A stretch of DNA of 63,246 nt, the filler included. It is 3 parts of 3 records of this genome, joined end to end, with 100 filler letters (N's around TTAATTAATTAA, not from the genome) between each part and the next. Parts side by side here need not be neighbours in the genome. Positions count along the whole stretch, not along the records: positions 1 to 31,487 come from SRR20825006_2866; 2 more parts are not named here. One strand, written 5' to 3'. Position 1 is the first letter of the stretch; every line of letters begins with the position of its first letter. The notes under the pieces were generated by a model, which did not search any database, was not told the origin of the DNA, and saw nothing but the letters and a program-made list of their open reading frames with translations. A program made the translations under genes and the position numbers. Shown piece after piece: positions 20,525 to 30,100 of this stretch.

Positions 20525-21078
20525 TGAATGGACCGTTAATGAATTTCCGTAGCCACTGGCATCCGCCGCTTGTTCAATCCCTGCCGCCGTCATTACGAGA
20601 CTGGCTGACAGACAGCGGCTCTCTGACACAGCAGTTAACACAAGCCTGCGAACAGGCGTTTGCAGTCAAACTGTTGCGAAGCGGTTGGGAGCGGCCATTG
20701 GCAGATGAGTCGTTGCTTCTGGGTCAGCCATTGGGGCAATGGATGTTCAGCCGGGAAGTCCACCTGCTTGATGGCGATAAAGCCGAAGTTTATGCCCGCA
20801 CCATGGTGCCAAAGCGGACCTATCAGGCAATGCAGGCCCGTTTTGAAACGCTGGGAAATCGCTCGCTGGGGCAGATGTTGTTTAATGATCCGTCGCTGCG
20901 ACGCGGGGATATTGAAGTGGCTTGTCTGCAACCAGAGGACAGGCTGTTTAAACTGGCGACACGGCATCTCGATCAGCTCCCTGAACAATTATGGGCTCGC
21001 CGATCCTGTTTTTATCTGGATGATAAAGGCATGCTGGTCAATGAAATTTTTCTGCCGTCAGCGAAGTGGAGTGATTGA
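20524..21078 (+). CDS. ubiC: Chorismate--pyruvate lyase
   Basis: WL.DSGSLT, REV.L, YART, LG.RSLG..LF, WARRS.F, EIFLP; lies upstream of ubiA. Confidence 0.88.
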   Translation: MNGPLMNFRSHWHPPLVQSLPPSLRDWLTDSGSLTQQLTQACEQAFAVKLLRSGWERPLADESLLLGQPLGQWMFSREVHLLDGDKAEVYARTMVPKRTYQAMQARFETLGNRSLGQMLFNDPSLRRGDIEVACLQPEDRLFKLATRHLDQLPEQLWARRSCFYLDDKGMLVNEIFLPSAKWSD

Positions 21079-21951
21079 GTGAGTGCTAAATATCCCATGC
21101 TGCAGCCTTATCTGCGACTGATGCGCCTGGACCGGCCGATTGGCATTTTACTGCTGATGTGGCCGACTCTGAGCGCCCTGTGGATTGCAGCCGAAGGCTT
21201 TCCGGATTTAACCGTGTTAATCGTCTTCATTCTGGGCGTGATTATCATGCGCAGCGCTGGCTGCGCGATTAATGATTTTGCCGATCGCGAGATGGACGGT
21301 GATGTCTGGCGTACTGAGGGCAGACCATTGGCGACCGGTGAGTTAAAGGCGCGCGATGCGGTGATAGTGTTTGTACTGCTGGCTTTGGCAGCGTTTGGTC
21401 TGGTGCTGCTGCTTAATACCATGACCATTTTAATGTCGCTGGTGGCCGTGTTTCTGGCAGCAACTTATCCCTTTATGAAACGCTACACCTACCTGCCGCA
21501 GATTTATCTGGGCATGGCTTTCGGCTGGGCAATCCCGATGGCGTTCACGGCACAGACCGGGAGCCTGCCTATCATTGCCTGGCTGCTGTTTATGGCCAAT
21601 ATTATCTGGACCACGGTCTATGACACGTTTTACGCGATGGCCGATCGTGAGGACGACCTGAAAGTCGGCATCAAATCGACAGCGATTCTGTTTGGTGAGG
21701 ATGATTTGGTGATTCAGGGCATTCTCCAGGTCGCTTATCTGATGGTGATGGCTTTGATTGGTCAGCAACTGCAACTCAGTCTGATTTATTATCTCGGTCT
21801 GTTAATGGCTGCCGGGCTGTTTATTTATCAGCAGTATCTGAGCCGGCATCGTGAGCCAAAAAGCTGCCTGCGGGCGTTTCTGAATAATAACTGGGTAGGC
21901 ATGGTGATTTTTATCAGCCTGGTGCTGCACTATCTTTTCTGGGCCGGCTGA
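21079..21951 (+). CDS. ubiA: 4-hydroxybenzoate polyprenyltransferase
   Basis: [34 protein letters not shown]. Confidence 0.95.
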   Translation: MSAKYPMLQPYLRLMRLDRPIGILLLMWPTLSALWIAAEGFPDLTVLIVFILGVIIMRSAGCAINDFADREMDGDVWRTEGRPLATGELKARDAVIVFVLLALAAFGLVLLLNTMTILMSLVAVFLAATYPFMKRYTYLPQIYLGMAFGWAIPMAFTAQTGSLPIIAWLLFMANIIWTTVYDTFYAMADREDDLKVGIKSTAILFGEDDLVIQGILQVAYLMVMALIGQQLQLSLIYYLGLLMAAGLFIYQQYLSRHREPKSCLRAFLNNNWVGMVIFISLVLHYLFWAG

Positions 21952-22454
21952 TGACAGGTCATCTTGAGCAACGCCGCCTTATGCAACTCAAACCAGAGCT
22001 GGAGACGCTGCAACAACAACTGACCGCGATGCAGCCCTTGTTGCGGCAGATGCATTTACTGTCATCCAATGCGGTCAGTGCTGCTGCCAGGGCTGGTAGT
22101 GAGGGCGATGCCTTCCGGGTGCTCACCCAGGGTATTCAGGAGTTGGGTCATCGCATTAATCAGGATTTACAACAGGCTCATCGTCTGCTGGCAGCTATTT
22201 CTGAGGCAGAAAGTTGGACTGAGGTTCAGAAGCTGATTAAAAAACTGACAATGACTTTGTCAGAGATGCCGCAATCGGTGAAAAAAGGAGAATATCTGGC
22301 AATCTGTTGTGCGGTGGAAGCGGCCCATGCCAGTCAGCATAGTGACAGTTTTGATGCGGTCGCCAACATGCTAAAACAATTAATAGCGGATTGTCGCAGG
22401 CAGGTTGCCTCGCAACAGGACAGACTCGACAGACTGTTAACTGCCAGCGAATAG
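21951..22454 (+). CDS. Hypothetical soluble protein with two degenerate MCP-signalling hairpin motifs
   Basis: LLSSNAVSAAARAGSEGDAF and YLAICCAVEAAHASQHSDSF; start overlaps the ubiA stop (TGATG). Confidence 0.65.
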   Translation: MTGHLEQRRLMQLKPELETLQQQLTAMQPLLRQMHLLSSNAVSAAARAGSEGDAFRVLTQGIQELGHRINQDLQQAHRLLAAISEAESWTEVQKLIKKLTMTLSEMPQSVKKGEYLAICCAVEAAHASQHSDSFDAVANMLKQLIADCRRQVASQQDRLDRLLTASE

Positions 22455-22474
22455 ACTAACCAGGGAGAGACAGG

Positions 22475-23296
22475 ATGCGCAAAGGGATTGCCATTCTCTT
22501 GTTGCTGCTTAGCGGCGGTTTACAGGCAGATATTTATCGTAGTGAAGATCGTTTCGGCCATACCCGCTTTAGCGACAAACCGTCCATTGGCGCAGAGCCA
22601 GTCGAGCTCAACACTGCTCCTTATCGCTATAAGGTCAGAATCAGGCATGTGATTGACGGCGATACGCTGGTATTGGAAAGCGGTGAAAAAATCAGGCTTA
22701 TTGGTATTAATACACCGGAAGTAGAGAGTCGTTTTACTCGTGCTGAGGCCGGAGGTGAAGCCGCTCGCGACTGGTTGCGAAAAACTTTGCGGACCCCCGA
22801 TGTCTGGCTGGAATATGATGCCGAGCAGCGCGATAAATATGAGCGGCAGCTGGCTCATGTCTTTCTGGCGTCGGGTGAATACCTGAACGCCAGACTACTT
22901 AAAGAAGGCCTGGCAATGCTGACTCTGACGCCGCCCAATCTGCGCTACAGCAAGCAGTTGATCGAGGCCCAGCAGCACGCGGAAAAAGCCAATAGCGGGC
23001 TTTGGCAAAGGCCGGCGTTTCAGCCTAAGACACTGGCTGAATTGGTGCCCGGCCGCAGTTATCATGGCTGGCAGCGCTGGCAGGTTACACCGAAACGCAT
23101 CAGTGAAAGCCGAAAGTATATTAATCTGACAGTCTCTGAACATTTTGTTATCAAGATCGCCAAGTCACTGCAGGCAGGCTTTTCACCGCTGTCACGGTAT
23201 CTGGATCGTCCAATAGAAGTGCGGGGCTGGTTGCGAAGACAGGACAAGCAACACTTTATGATTGTGCAGCACCCTTCAGCGATAAAGATGCGCTGA
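22475..23296 (+). CDS. Secreted thermonuclease (SNase) family protein with N-terminal DUF4124-like segment
   Basis: Signal peptide; ADIYR..D..G...FSDKP; VIDGDTL, IRLIGINTPE, DKYER.LAHV. Confidence 0.88.
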   Translation: MRKGIAILLLLLSGGLQADIYRSEDRFGHTRFSDKPSIGAEPVELNTAPYRYKVRIRHVIDGDTLVLESGEKIRLIGINTPEVESRFTRAEAGGEAARDWLRKTLRTPDVWLEYDAEQRDKYERQLAHVFLASGEYLNARLLKEGLAMLTLTPPNLRYSKQLIEAQQHAEKANSGLWQRPAFQPKTLAELVPGRSYHGWQRWQVTPKRISESRKYINLTVSEHFVIKIAKSLQAGFSPLSRYLDRPIEVRGWLRRQDKQHFMIVQHPSAIKMR

Positions 23297-23301
23297 GCCT
23301 T

Positions 23302-23886
23302 TTATTCTCCCCTGACGAGTTTATCCCGGTATTGCTGTAATTGGCGGTGATAATGCTTAGCATCGGCATATTCCAGAAAATATTGATAACGATCATGGCT
23401 GCCCAGCACTTTACGGGCATGTTTAATCGGACAGAAATACTGCTCAGTGCGAGCCAGAATTTCGCGGATATAGGCCACCACGCCGTTAGCATAAGAACAA
23501 TACAGACAGTGCCAGCGCTCGAAAACATTCAGATAAGCGAGCTGATGCCGGTCAAACACAATATAGTCGCGACGTTTAACCAGTTTGATGCGGTAGATAG
23601 GAAAACAGCTGTACTGGTAGAAACTCACCAGTAGATCAATCGCTATCAACGGCACGAGCATCGCGTAAATAATCGGCATCGTGATGAGATTGACGGGGCG
23701 GATACCGAGCCAGCGCCAGACACTCAGTTTAAGGCGTTTGTGCGTCTGTTTGAGGGAGCGCTCGAATTCGACTTTACGGCCACGGATGGTAAAGCCGATG
23801 ACCTGACTGCGCTGGTTCAATTCGGCTTTGAGTTCTTCTTCCAGTTGGCGAATCTGTTGCAGGATTTGGTCGATTCTGCCGTGCAT
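23302..23886 (-). CDS. Conserved hypothetical membrane-anchored Cys/His protein
   Basis: AGAGG RBS; N-terminal coiled coil, one TM, HCLYCSYANG and EQYFCPIKH motifs. Confidence 0.75.
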   Translation of the reverse strand: MHGRIDQILQQIRQLEEELKAELNQRSQVIGFTIRGRKVEFERSLKQTHKRLKLSVWRWLGIRPVNLITMPIIYAMLVPLIAIDLLVSFYQYSCFPIYRIKLVKRRDYIVFDRHQLAYLNVFERWHCLYCSYANGVVAYIREILARTEQYFCPIKHARKVLGSHDRYQYFLEYADAKHYHRQLQQYRDKLVRGE

Positions 23887-23909
23887 GACAGTCACCTCTT
23901 GGGGGTTAG

Positions 23910-23925
23910 GATCAACAAGCCCTAG
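23910..23925 (-). repeat. Isolated terminal repeat of the 62-bp MITE-like element
   Basis: Minus strand reads CTAGGGCTTGTTGATC; its TAG is the stop codon of the K+ channel gene. Confidence 0.7.
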
Positions 23926-24350
23926 CGCTTCGGCCAGTACTTCTGCATTTCCAGGAAGACGAATGAGGCAGACCAGGTGATCATTACCAGCCCGGTGAGT
24001 GACTCCAGACCGGTAAGAAAACGCAGATAACCACTGGGTTCAATATCACCATACCCCAGTGTGGTGAAGGTAGTGAAAGAAAAATAGCTGCAGTCCAGCA
24101 GGCTTAAATCGATATTGCCGCTGAGCGTTCCGAAGTCACCGGTATGAATCATGATGTAATAACCCACGGCAAACAGCCATATTTCGGCTACATGCGCCAG
24201 CATGATGGCCATGACCGCCAGTAACACCCGATAGCGGTGAATCACTTTCACCGAGGGTAGCTTCTTAGCCAGCAGATACAGGGTTTCGTAATGGATTAGC
24301 ACTGTCGCGACAACGATAACAGTATTGATGATAAACGTGGCCAGTAACAT
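23922..24350 (-). CDS. Pore-only potassium channel family protein (Ion_trans_2)
   Basis: YFSFTTFTTLGYGDI selectivity filter between TM helices; no RCK or CNBD domain. Confidence 0.88.
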   Translation of the reverse strand: MLLATFIINTVIVVATVLIHYETLYLLAKKLPSVKVIHRYRVLLAVMAIMLAHVAEIWLFAVGYYIMIHTGDFGTLSGNIDLSLLDCSYFSFTTFTTLGYGDIEPSGYLRFLTGLESLTGLVMITWSASFVFLEMQKYWPKR

Positions 24351-25414
24351 CAGCGAGCCTGCTTAACCCGATTACGGCCAGATAATTTGGCGGCATAGAC
24401 GGCCTGGTCGGCCATCGCGATTAATTGCCTGCCGTCTTTAATTGTGCCCGGCACCAGCATGGTGGCCACACCAATCGACAGGGTGATGTTCAGTGTTTTC
24501 CCTGAGGGAATCACGAGGTGGGCCTTGGCGACACGATCACGGATTTGTTCGGCTATCAGGGCAGCATCTTCCCGGGCGGTATCGGCAAGCAGGATAATAA
24601 ATTCCTCACCCCCATAACGTGCCAGCACATCAGTCTGCCGTAAACGGTCAGATAATAGTCTGGAGACCTGTTTGAGCACCGCATCACCGGCCTGGTGACC
24701 ATACTGGTCATTGACCCGTTTGAAATGGTCCAGATCGATAAACAGGCAGGATAAAGGCGAACCGGAACGCTGGGCCCGGCTGACTTCCTCGCTCAGGCGC
24801 TGATCAAAAAAGCGACGGTTATTGATGCCGGTCAGGGCATCGTGCAAACCCACCAGTTTGATATGTTCATGCAGACGCGCATTTTCGATACAGGCCGAGA
24901 CGACAGCCGCAAGATGTTCCAGAAACAAGGTACCAATCTGCCCCTGGAAACGGGACGCATTACGGCTGCCCAGGTTAAGACAGCCGAACAGGTGATTCTG
25001 ACGCATCAGCGGCAGCAAGGCGACGGAGCCCAAATCCTCCTGCTCGGGAAACAGATAGGCATGCTGATGCGGTGAATATTTGAGCAGGCGCGGCTTTCGC
25101 TGGGGACTGAAATGCTGATTAATCAGGTGCGCCGAATCACTGAATATCAGTCGGCCTGTCCAGGCATGTGGGGCAATTTTGGATTCCACCAGGCGCTGGA
25201 TTTCATACTCGGGATCATAAAGCATCAGCGTGACTTCGGTGAGCTGAAAGCGATCTTTATGCTGGTCGAGAATAATGCTTAACAGCTCATGCAGACTGGT
25301 GCTGTTGAGCAGAGCCAGTTCGTATTGCTGGAAGTTCTCCTGTTTCCGCTCATTACTTTTGGCGATACGAAGCAGTTCATCCAATCGAGCTTGTAAGGTG
25401 GCGATATCGTGCAT
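24350..25414 (-). CDS. DUF484/GAF-like + GGDEF diguanylate cyclase
   Basis: SVALLPL, LNLGS....RF, LF.EHLA in the N-terminal domain; DALTG..NRR, RQTD I-site, RYGGEEF. Confidence 0.9.
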   Translation of the reverse strand: MHDIATLQARLDELLRIAKSNERKQENFQQYELALLNSTSLHELLSIILDQHKDRFQLTEVTLMLYDPEYEIQRLVESKIAPHAWTGRLIFSDSAHLINQHFSPQRKPRLLKYSPHQHAYLFPEQEDLGSVALLPLMRQNHLFGCLNLGSRNASRFQGQIGTLFLEHLAAVVSACIENARLHEHIKLVGLHDALTGINNRRFFDQRLSEEVSRAQRSGSPLSCLFIDLDHFKRVNDQYGHQAGDAVLKQVSRLLSDRLRQTDVLARYGGEEFIILLADTAREDAALIAEQIRDRVAKAHLVIPSGKTLNITLSIGVATMLVPGTIKDGRQLIAMADQAVYAAKLSGRNRVKQAR

Positions 25415-25442
25415 CCAGACGCCTTATGAGCGGTATTTTGTC

Positions 25443-25504
25443 TAGGGCTTGTTGCTCTTTCATAGCAGTCAGCAGTGGTGGATATGAAAGAGCAACAAGC
25501 CCTA
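25443..25504. mobile_element. 62-bp miniature inverted-repeat element (MITE/REP-like), complete copy
   Basis: Perfect 22-bp inverted repeats TAGGGCTTGTTGCTCTTTCATA / TATGAAAGAGCAACAAGCCCTA around an 18-nt spacer; TA at both ends; related copies at 23910 and 31446. Confidence 0.75.
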
Positions 25505-25507
25505 ACA

Positions 25508-26230
25508 TTAATAATGGCTTATTGCACGTGCAATTGTCCACACTTCAATCGTTTCTGCGCCGTTTTTCTGCAGCACTTTGGTGGCTTCTGCGGTGGTGTG
25601 TCCTGAAGTCATTACATCATCAATCAGGGCGATATGGGACGGTACTCTATGGTTGCTACATCGAAAAGCCCGGCGGACATTATGACGCCGCTGTTTGAAA
25701 GAGAGCTGGCTCTGGGAGCGGGTATACCGGACCCGCTGCAACAAGCCGGGATGGCACTCAATATTCAGCGCTGCTGCCAGCTTGCGCGCAACTTCATGGG
25801 CCTGGTTAAAACCGCGCTGACGAAGGCGTAAAGGATGCAGTGGGATCGGTATCAGACAGTCAGGCAATGGGCTGCGGGATTTGAGTATTTGATACAGCTG
25901 TGCGGCGAAGAAGTCAGCAAACTGCAGTTGCTGATGAAACTTGAAACTGGTGATGCAACGTTTAATGTCGCCTTGATAACGATAGAGGCTGAGGCTGTGA
26001 TCAGCGACTGGTGGATGCTGCAGACAGCGGCCGCAAATCTGCGCAGATTCCAGCGGCATCGCACAGCGCTGACAGGCCGGCCCCAGCAGCGGTAATTCAG
26101 CCGCACAGGCCCGGCAAAGCGGATCGCAGTCGCCCGGCAGGCCGCAGAGCAAACAAGGTATTGGAAACAGTTTCCTGTATAATTTACCGGATTGATGTGT
26201 CAGAGCGCTGAATACAGCCATGACCGTCAC
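25508..26230 (-). CDS. comF: ComF family protein (double zinc ribbon + phosphoribosyltransferase-like)
   Basis: Four CxxC pairs, PIPLH..R.RQRGFNQA, LIDDVMTSG; divergent from bioB. Confidence 0.9.
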   Translation of the reverse strand: MTVMAVFSALTHQSGKLYRKLFPIPCLLCGLPGDCDPLCRACAAELPLLGPACQRCAMPLESAQICGRCLQHPPVADHSLSLYRYQGDIKRCITSFKFHQQLQFADFFAAQLYQILKSRSPLPDCLIPIPLHPLRLRQRGFNQAHEVARKLAAALNIECHPGLLQRVRYTRSQSQLSFKQRRHNVRRAFRCSNHRVPSHIALIDDVMTSGHTTAEATKVLQKNGAETIEVWTIARAISHY

Positions 26231-26264
26231 CCAATTTAATCCTTTAAATCAGTGAAGAGTCATC

Positions 26265-27275
26265 ATGCCTGAGAATGTAGCAGAAACCCAAGCGACGATT
26301 CGTCAAAACTGGAAGCAGGAAGAGGTCGAAGCCCTGTTTGCTTTACCTTTCAATGATCTGCTGTATCAAGCTCAAACCGTTCACCGAGAGCATTTTGATG
26401 CCAATGCGGTACAAATCAGTACACTGCTCAGCATCAAAACCGGTGGCTGTGCCGAAGACTGCGGCTACTGCCCGCAAAGTGCCCACCATCCTTCTGCGGT
26501 CAAAGCCGAGCCTTTGATGCCACTGGAAGAGGTGATGAAGTCAGCCAATGAAGCTAAAGATGCTGGTGCCAGCCGGTTCTGTATGGGCGCTGCCTGGCGT
26601 AACCTGAAAGACCGCGACCTGGAACGTGTTGCAGATATGGTTGAAGGGGTGAAAAGTCTGGGCCTGGAAACCTGTGTGACCCTGGGTATGCTGGAAGAGC
26701 ATCAGGCCAAACGCCTGAAAGATGCCGGTCTGGATTACTACAACCACAACCTCGACACCTCGCCCGAATTTTACGGTGAGATCATTTCCACCCGTACCTA
26801 TGAAGACCGCCTTAACACGTTGGGCCATGTCCGTGATGCCGGTATTAATGTCTGCAGCGGCGGTATTGTCGGTATGGGCGAAACCCAGGCCGACCGTGCC
26901 GGTCTGCTGATTAGTCTGGCAAATCTGCCTACCCAGCCACAGAGCGTGCCGATCAATCTGCTGGTGCAGGTCGAAGGTACGCCGCTGAACGGCACAGATA
27001 ATCTGGATGCACTGGAGTTTGTGCGCACGATTGCCGTGGCCCGTATCATGATGCCGAAATCTTTCGTGCGTCTGTCAGCCGGCCGTGAAAATATGAGCGA
27101 TGAAATGCAGGCCATGTGCTTCCTGGCCGGTGCCAACTCGATTTTCTACGGTGAGAAACTGCTGACCACCGATAATCCGGATACCAACCACGATCAGCAA
27201 CTGTTCAAACGCCTGGGTATTACCCCCTGGGTCGGTGACGACAAAGCCGAAAAAAAGCAGTGTTCGGCGGCCTGA
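26265..27275 (+). CDS. bioB: Biotin synthase
   Basis: [29 protein letters not shown]. Confidence 0.97.
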   Translation: MPENVAETQATIRQNWKQEEVEALFALPFNDLLYQAQTVHREHFDANAVQISTLLSIKTGGCAEDCGYCPQSAHHPSAVKAEPLMPLEEVMKSANEAKDAGASRFCMGAAWRNLKDRDLERVADMVEGVKSLGLETCVTLGMLEEHQAKRLKDAGLDYYNHNLDTSPEFYGEIISTRTYEDRLNTLGHVRDAGINVCSGGIVGMGETQADRAGLLISLANLPTQPQSVPINLLVQVEGTPLNGTDNLDALEFVRTIAVARIMMPKSFVRLSAGRENMSDEMQAMCFLAGANSIFYGEKLLTTDNPDTNHDQQLFKRLGITPWVGDDKAEKKQCSAA

Positions 27276-27284
27276 TAGCCAAGA

Positions 27285-28460
27285 GTGTCGCAACTCCCCT
27301 GGCATGATGAATTAACCGCTGCTTTAGCTGACCGCAAAGCGGCGGGTCGTTACCGCCAGCCCCGCCTGCGTCTGGGCGAGCAGGGCGTTAATGTCACGGT
27401 CGATGGCAAAACCATGCTGTCTTTCTGCAGTAACGACTATCTCGGTCTGGCGGCGCATCCCGATATCAAACAGGCCTTCAAACATGCCGTGGACAGGGAA
27501 GGGGTCGGCAGTGGCGCTGCACATCTGCTGACCGGCCATAGTTATTATCATCAAGCGCTGGAAGAAGCTTTGGCCGATTTTACCGGCCAGCCTCGTGTGC
27601 TGCTGTTCTCCACTGGCTACATGGCCAATCTGGGCGCCATCGATGGTTTGCTTCAGCGCGGTGATGCGGTGATTCAGGATAAGCTTAACCATGCCTCTTT
27701 GCTTGATGGCGGTCGTCTGACCGAAGCCGATCAACTGCGTTATCCCCATGCAGATATGGCGCTACTGCATAAACGCCTGCATAACGCTGCTACTGCCAAG
27801 CACCGCTTGATTGTCTCTGATGGCGTATTCAGTATGGATGGTGATATCGCGCCTCTACCCGATATTATGGCGCAGGCCAGACAGCACCGCGCTGCAGTCT
27901 TGATTGATGATGCGCACGGTTTCGGCGTGATCGGCAAAGGGGGACGGGGTACCGTCTCGCATTTTGACATCGCCCCCGAGCTGGCGCCGATTCAGGTGGG
28001 TACCCTGGGTAAAGCCTTTGGAACCGGCGGCGCTTTTGTCGCGGCTGATGAAACGGTAATCGAGATCTTGATTCAACAGGCTCGCAGTTATGTCTACACC
28101 ACAGCGCAGCCGCCGGCGGTGGCCGCAGCAACACTGGCCAGCCTGAAACTGGTGGAGCAGGAAGACTGGCGCCGTGAGCATTTACGAGCCTTAATTCAGC
28201 AATTCAGACAGGGCGCACAGCAGCTGGGCCTGAATCTCATGCCGTCACAGACTCCGATCCAACCGGTCGTCATCGGTGACGATAAAAAAGCGCTGGCTGT
28301 GGGTAAAAATCTGGAACAGGCGGGCCTTCTGGTCGGCGTGATTCGCCCCCCCACGGTGCCCAAAAAGACTGCCAGATTGCGTATTACTTTTTCTGCCGCA
28401 CACAGCGAACAGGATGTGAATAAACTACTGAATGCACTGGAGCAGGCCGGTGCATATTGA
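27285..28460 (+). CDS. bioF: 8-amino-7-oxononanoate synthase
   Basis: FCSNDYLGL, DKLNHAS, DGVFSMDGD, DDAHG, GTLGKA, IRPPTVP. Confidence 0.95.
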   Translation: MSQLPWHDELTAALADRKAAGRYRQPRLRLGEQGVNVTVDGKTMLSFCSNDYLGLAAHPDIKQAFKHAVDREGVGSGAAHLLTGHSYYHQALEEALADFTGQPRVLLFSTGYMANLGAIDGLLQRGDAVIQDKLNHASLLDGGRLTEADQLRYPHADMALLHKRLHNAATAKHRLIVSDGVFSMDGDIAPLPDIMAQARQHRAAVLIDDAHGFGVIGKGGRGTVSHFDIAPELAPIQVGTLGKAFGTGGAFVAADETVIEILIQQARSYVYTTAQPPAVAAATLASLKLVEQEDWRREHLRALIQQFRQGAQQLGLNLMPSQTPIQPVVIGDDKKALAVGKNLEQAGLLVGVIRPPTVPKKTARLRITFSAAHSEQDVNKLLNALEQAGAY

Positions 28461-29211
28461 ACAGCTGGGCAGTGGTCCAAATCTGGTGATGCTGCACGGC
28501 TGGAGCATGCATAGTGGCGTCTGGCATCAACTGGCTGACTATCTGGCAGAGCGATTTACGCTGCATCTGGTCGATTTACCGGGTCACGGTTCAAGCGATT
28601 GGCAGTCGGGTGGTTTTGAACTCGACAAACTGCTGCCAGCACTGGCTGATAAGCTGCCGCAAAAAGCGGTCTGGCTGGGCTGGTCACTGGGTGGTTTGCT
28701 GAGCCTCGCTTTTGTCCAGCGTTATCCCGATCGGGTCAGCAAATTGAGTCTGATGGCAGCAACGCCGCGCTTTGTTCGTGACAAAGACTGGCCCTGTGCG
28801 ATGCAAAGCGAAGTGTTTGAGAATTTTGCAGTCAGTCTGGATGTCGACCAAAAGCAGACCCTGCAGCGTTTTCTGATGCTGCAGGCCAAGGGCGCGGACA
28901 AAAGCCGCGCCACGATTCGTGAGTTGAGCGAACGGTTGGCATTGCAGCACTCGCCTGATTCCGAGGCACTGCATGCAGGTCTGGATTGTCTGCTGCAACT
29001 GGATATGCGTGACGCATTGGCGGCATTGAATTGCCCGGTTCAGATGCTGCTGGGAACCCGCGATACCTTAATTCCGTCAGAGATGCCTGACTACGCCCGA
29101 CAATTGAATCCGGCGCTGCAGGTCGTGATGCTCGACGGCCTCGGTCACGCTCCGTTTATGGCCCAGGCTGCGCAATGTCAGCAACAGATAGAACAGTTTA
29201 TTAATGGTTGA
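28450..29211 (+). CDS. bioH: Pimeloyl-ACP methyl ester esterase
   Basis: LHGW, DLPGHG, GWSLGG nucleophile elbow, HAPF; GTG start. Confidence 0.92.
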   Translation: MHIEQLGSGPNLVMLHGWSMHSGVWHQLADYLAERFTLHLVDLPGHGSSDWQSGGFELDKLLPALADKLPQKAVWLGWSLGGLLSLAFVQRYPDRVSKLSLMAATPRFVRDKDWPCAMQSEVFENFAVSLDVDQKQTLQRFLMLQAKGADKSRATIRELSERLALQHSPDSEALHAGLDCLLQLDMRDALAALNCPVQMLLGTRDTLIPSEMPDYARQLNPALQVVMLDGLGHAPFMAQAAQCQQQIEQFING

Positions 29212-30100
29212 ATATCGTCCCGATAAGTCCAAAGTAGCCCGCTCTTTTGCTGCCGCCGCAGCGAAATATGATGACGTCGCGATTTTACAACGGCAGACCG
29301 CCGATGAATTACTGGATCGTTTGAGTCTGATGAAAATTCAGCCGCAGTCGATTCTGGATCTCGGCGTCGGCACCGGCCGAAACCTCTCTTTGCTGCAAAA
29401 ACATTATCCCGAGGCTCAGCTGCTGGCGATGGATATTGCTCCCGATATGCTGCAACAGGCGCGAAAACGTTATCGACAGGATCAGGGTCTCAAGCGCTGG
29501 CTGCCCGGCAGCAGTCACAAGCTGCAGTTATTGGCTGGGGACGCCGAGGCGATTCCGCTCGCTGATAACAGCGTCGATCTGATCTTCGCCAATCTGGCCC
29601 TGCAATGGTGTGAACCGTCAGTGAGTTTTGATGAAATTCAGCGGGTGCTGCGTCCCGACGGTCTGTTGCTGTACAGCACGCTGGGTCCGGATACCCTGAC
29701 CGAACTGAGGCAGGCCTGGGCGGCGGTGGATGCCTATCCGCATGTGAACGTGTTTTACGATATTCATGATGTCGGCGATGCGATGACGGCCAGTGGTTTG
29801 TCGGATTGCGTGCTTGATATCGAACCTTATGTGCTGACCTATCCGACGCCGATGGCAATGATGCGCGATCTCAAAATTCTGGGGGCGCATAATGTCAATC
29901 AAGGCCGCCGCCGTGGTCTGACCGGTAAAAACCTGATGCGGCAGGTCGTTGCCGAGTACGAAAATTTCCGGATTGAAGGGTTGATTCCGGCCAGTTATGA
30001 AGTGGTGTTCGGCCATGGCTGGAAACTGCAGCAAGCAGGTCAACGAGCCGCTGCCGACGGTAGTGTCAATATTCCTCTCAGTGAGATTCAACGTCGATGA
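29204..30100 (+). CDS. bioC: Malonyl-ACP O-methyltransferase
   Basis: K..VARSF, LDLGVGTG, NLALQW, STLGPDTL.EL. Confidence 0.92.
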   Translation: MVEYRPDKSKVARSFAAAAAKYDDVAILQRQTADELLDRLSLMKIQPQSILDLGVGTGRNLSLLQKHYPEAQLLAMDIAPDMLQQARKRYRQDQGLKRWLPGSSHKLQLLAGDAEAIPLADNSVDLIFANLALQWCEPSVSFDEIQRVLRPDGLLLYSTLGPDTLTELRQAWAAVDAYPHVNVFYDIHDVGDAMTASGLSDCVLDIEPYVLTYPTPMAMMRDLKILGAHNVNQGRRRGLTGKNLMRQVVAEYENFRIEGLIPASYEVVFGHGWKLQQAGQRAAADGSVNIPLSEIQRR

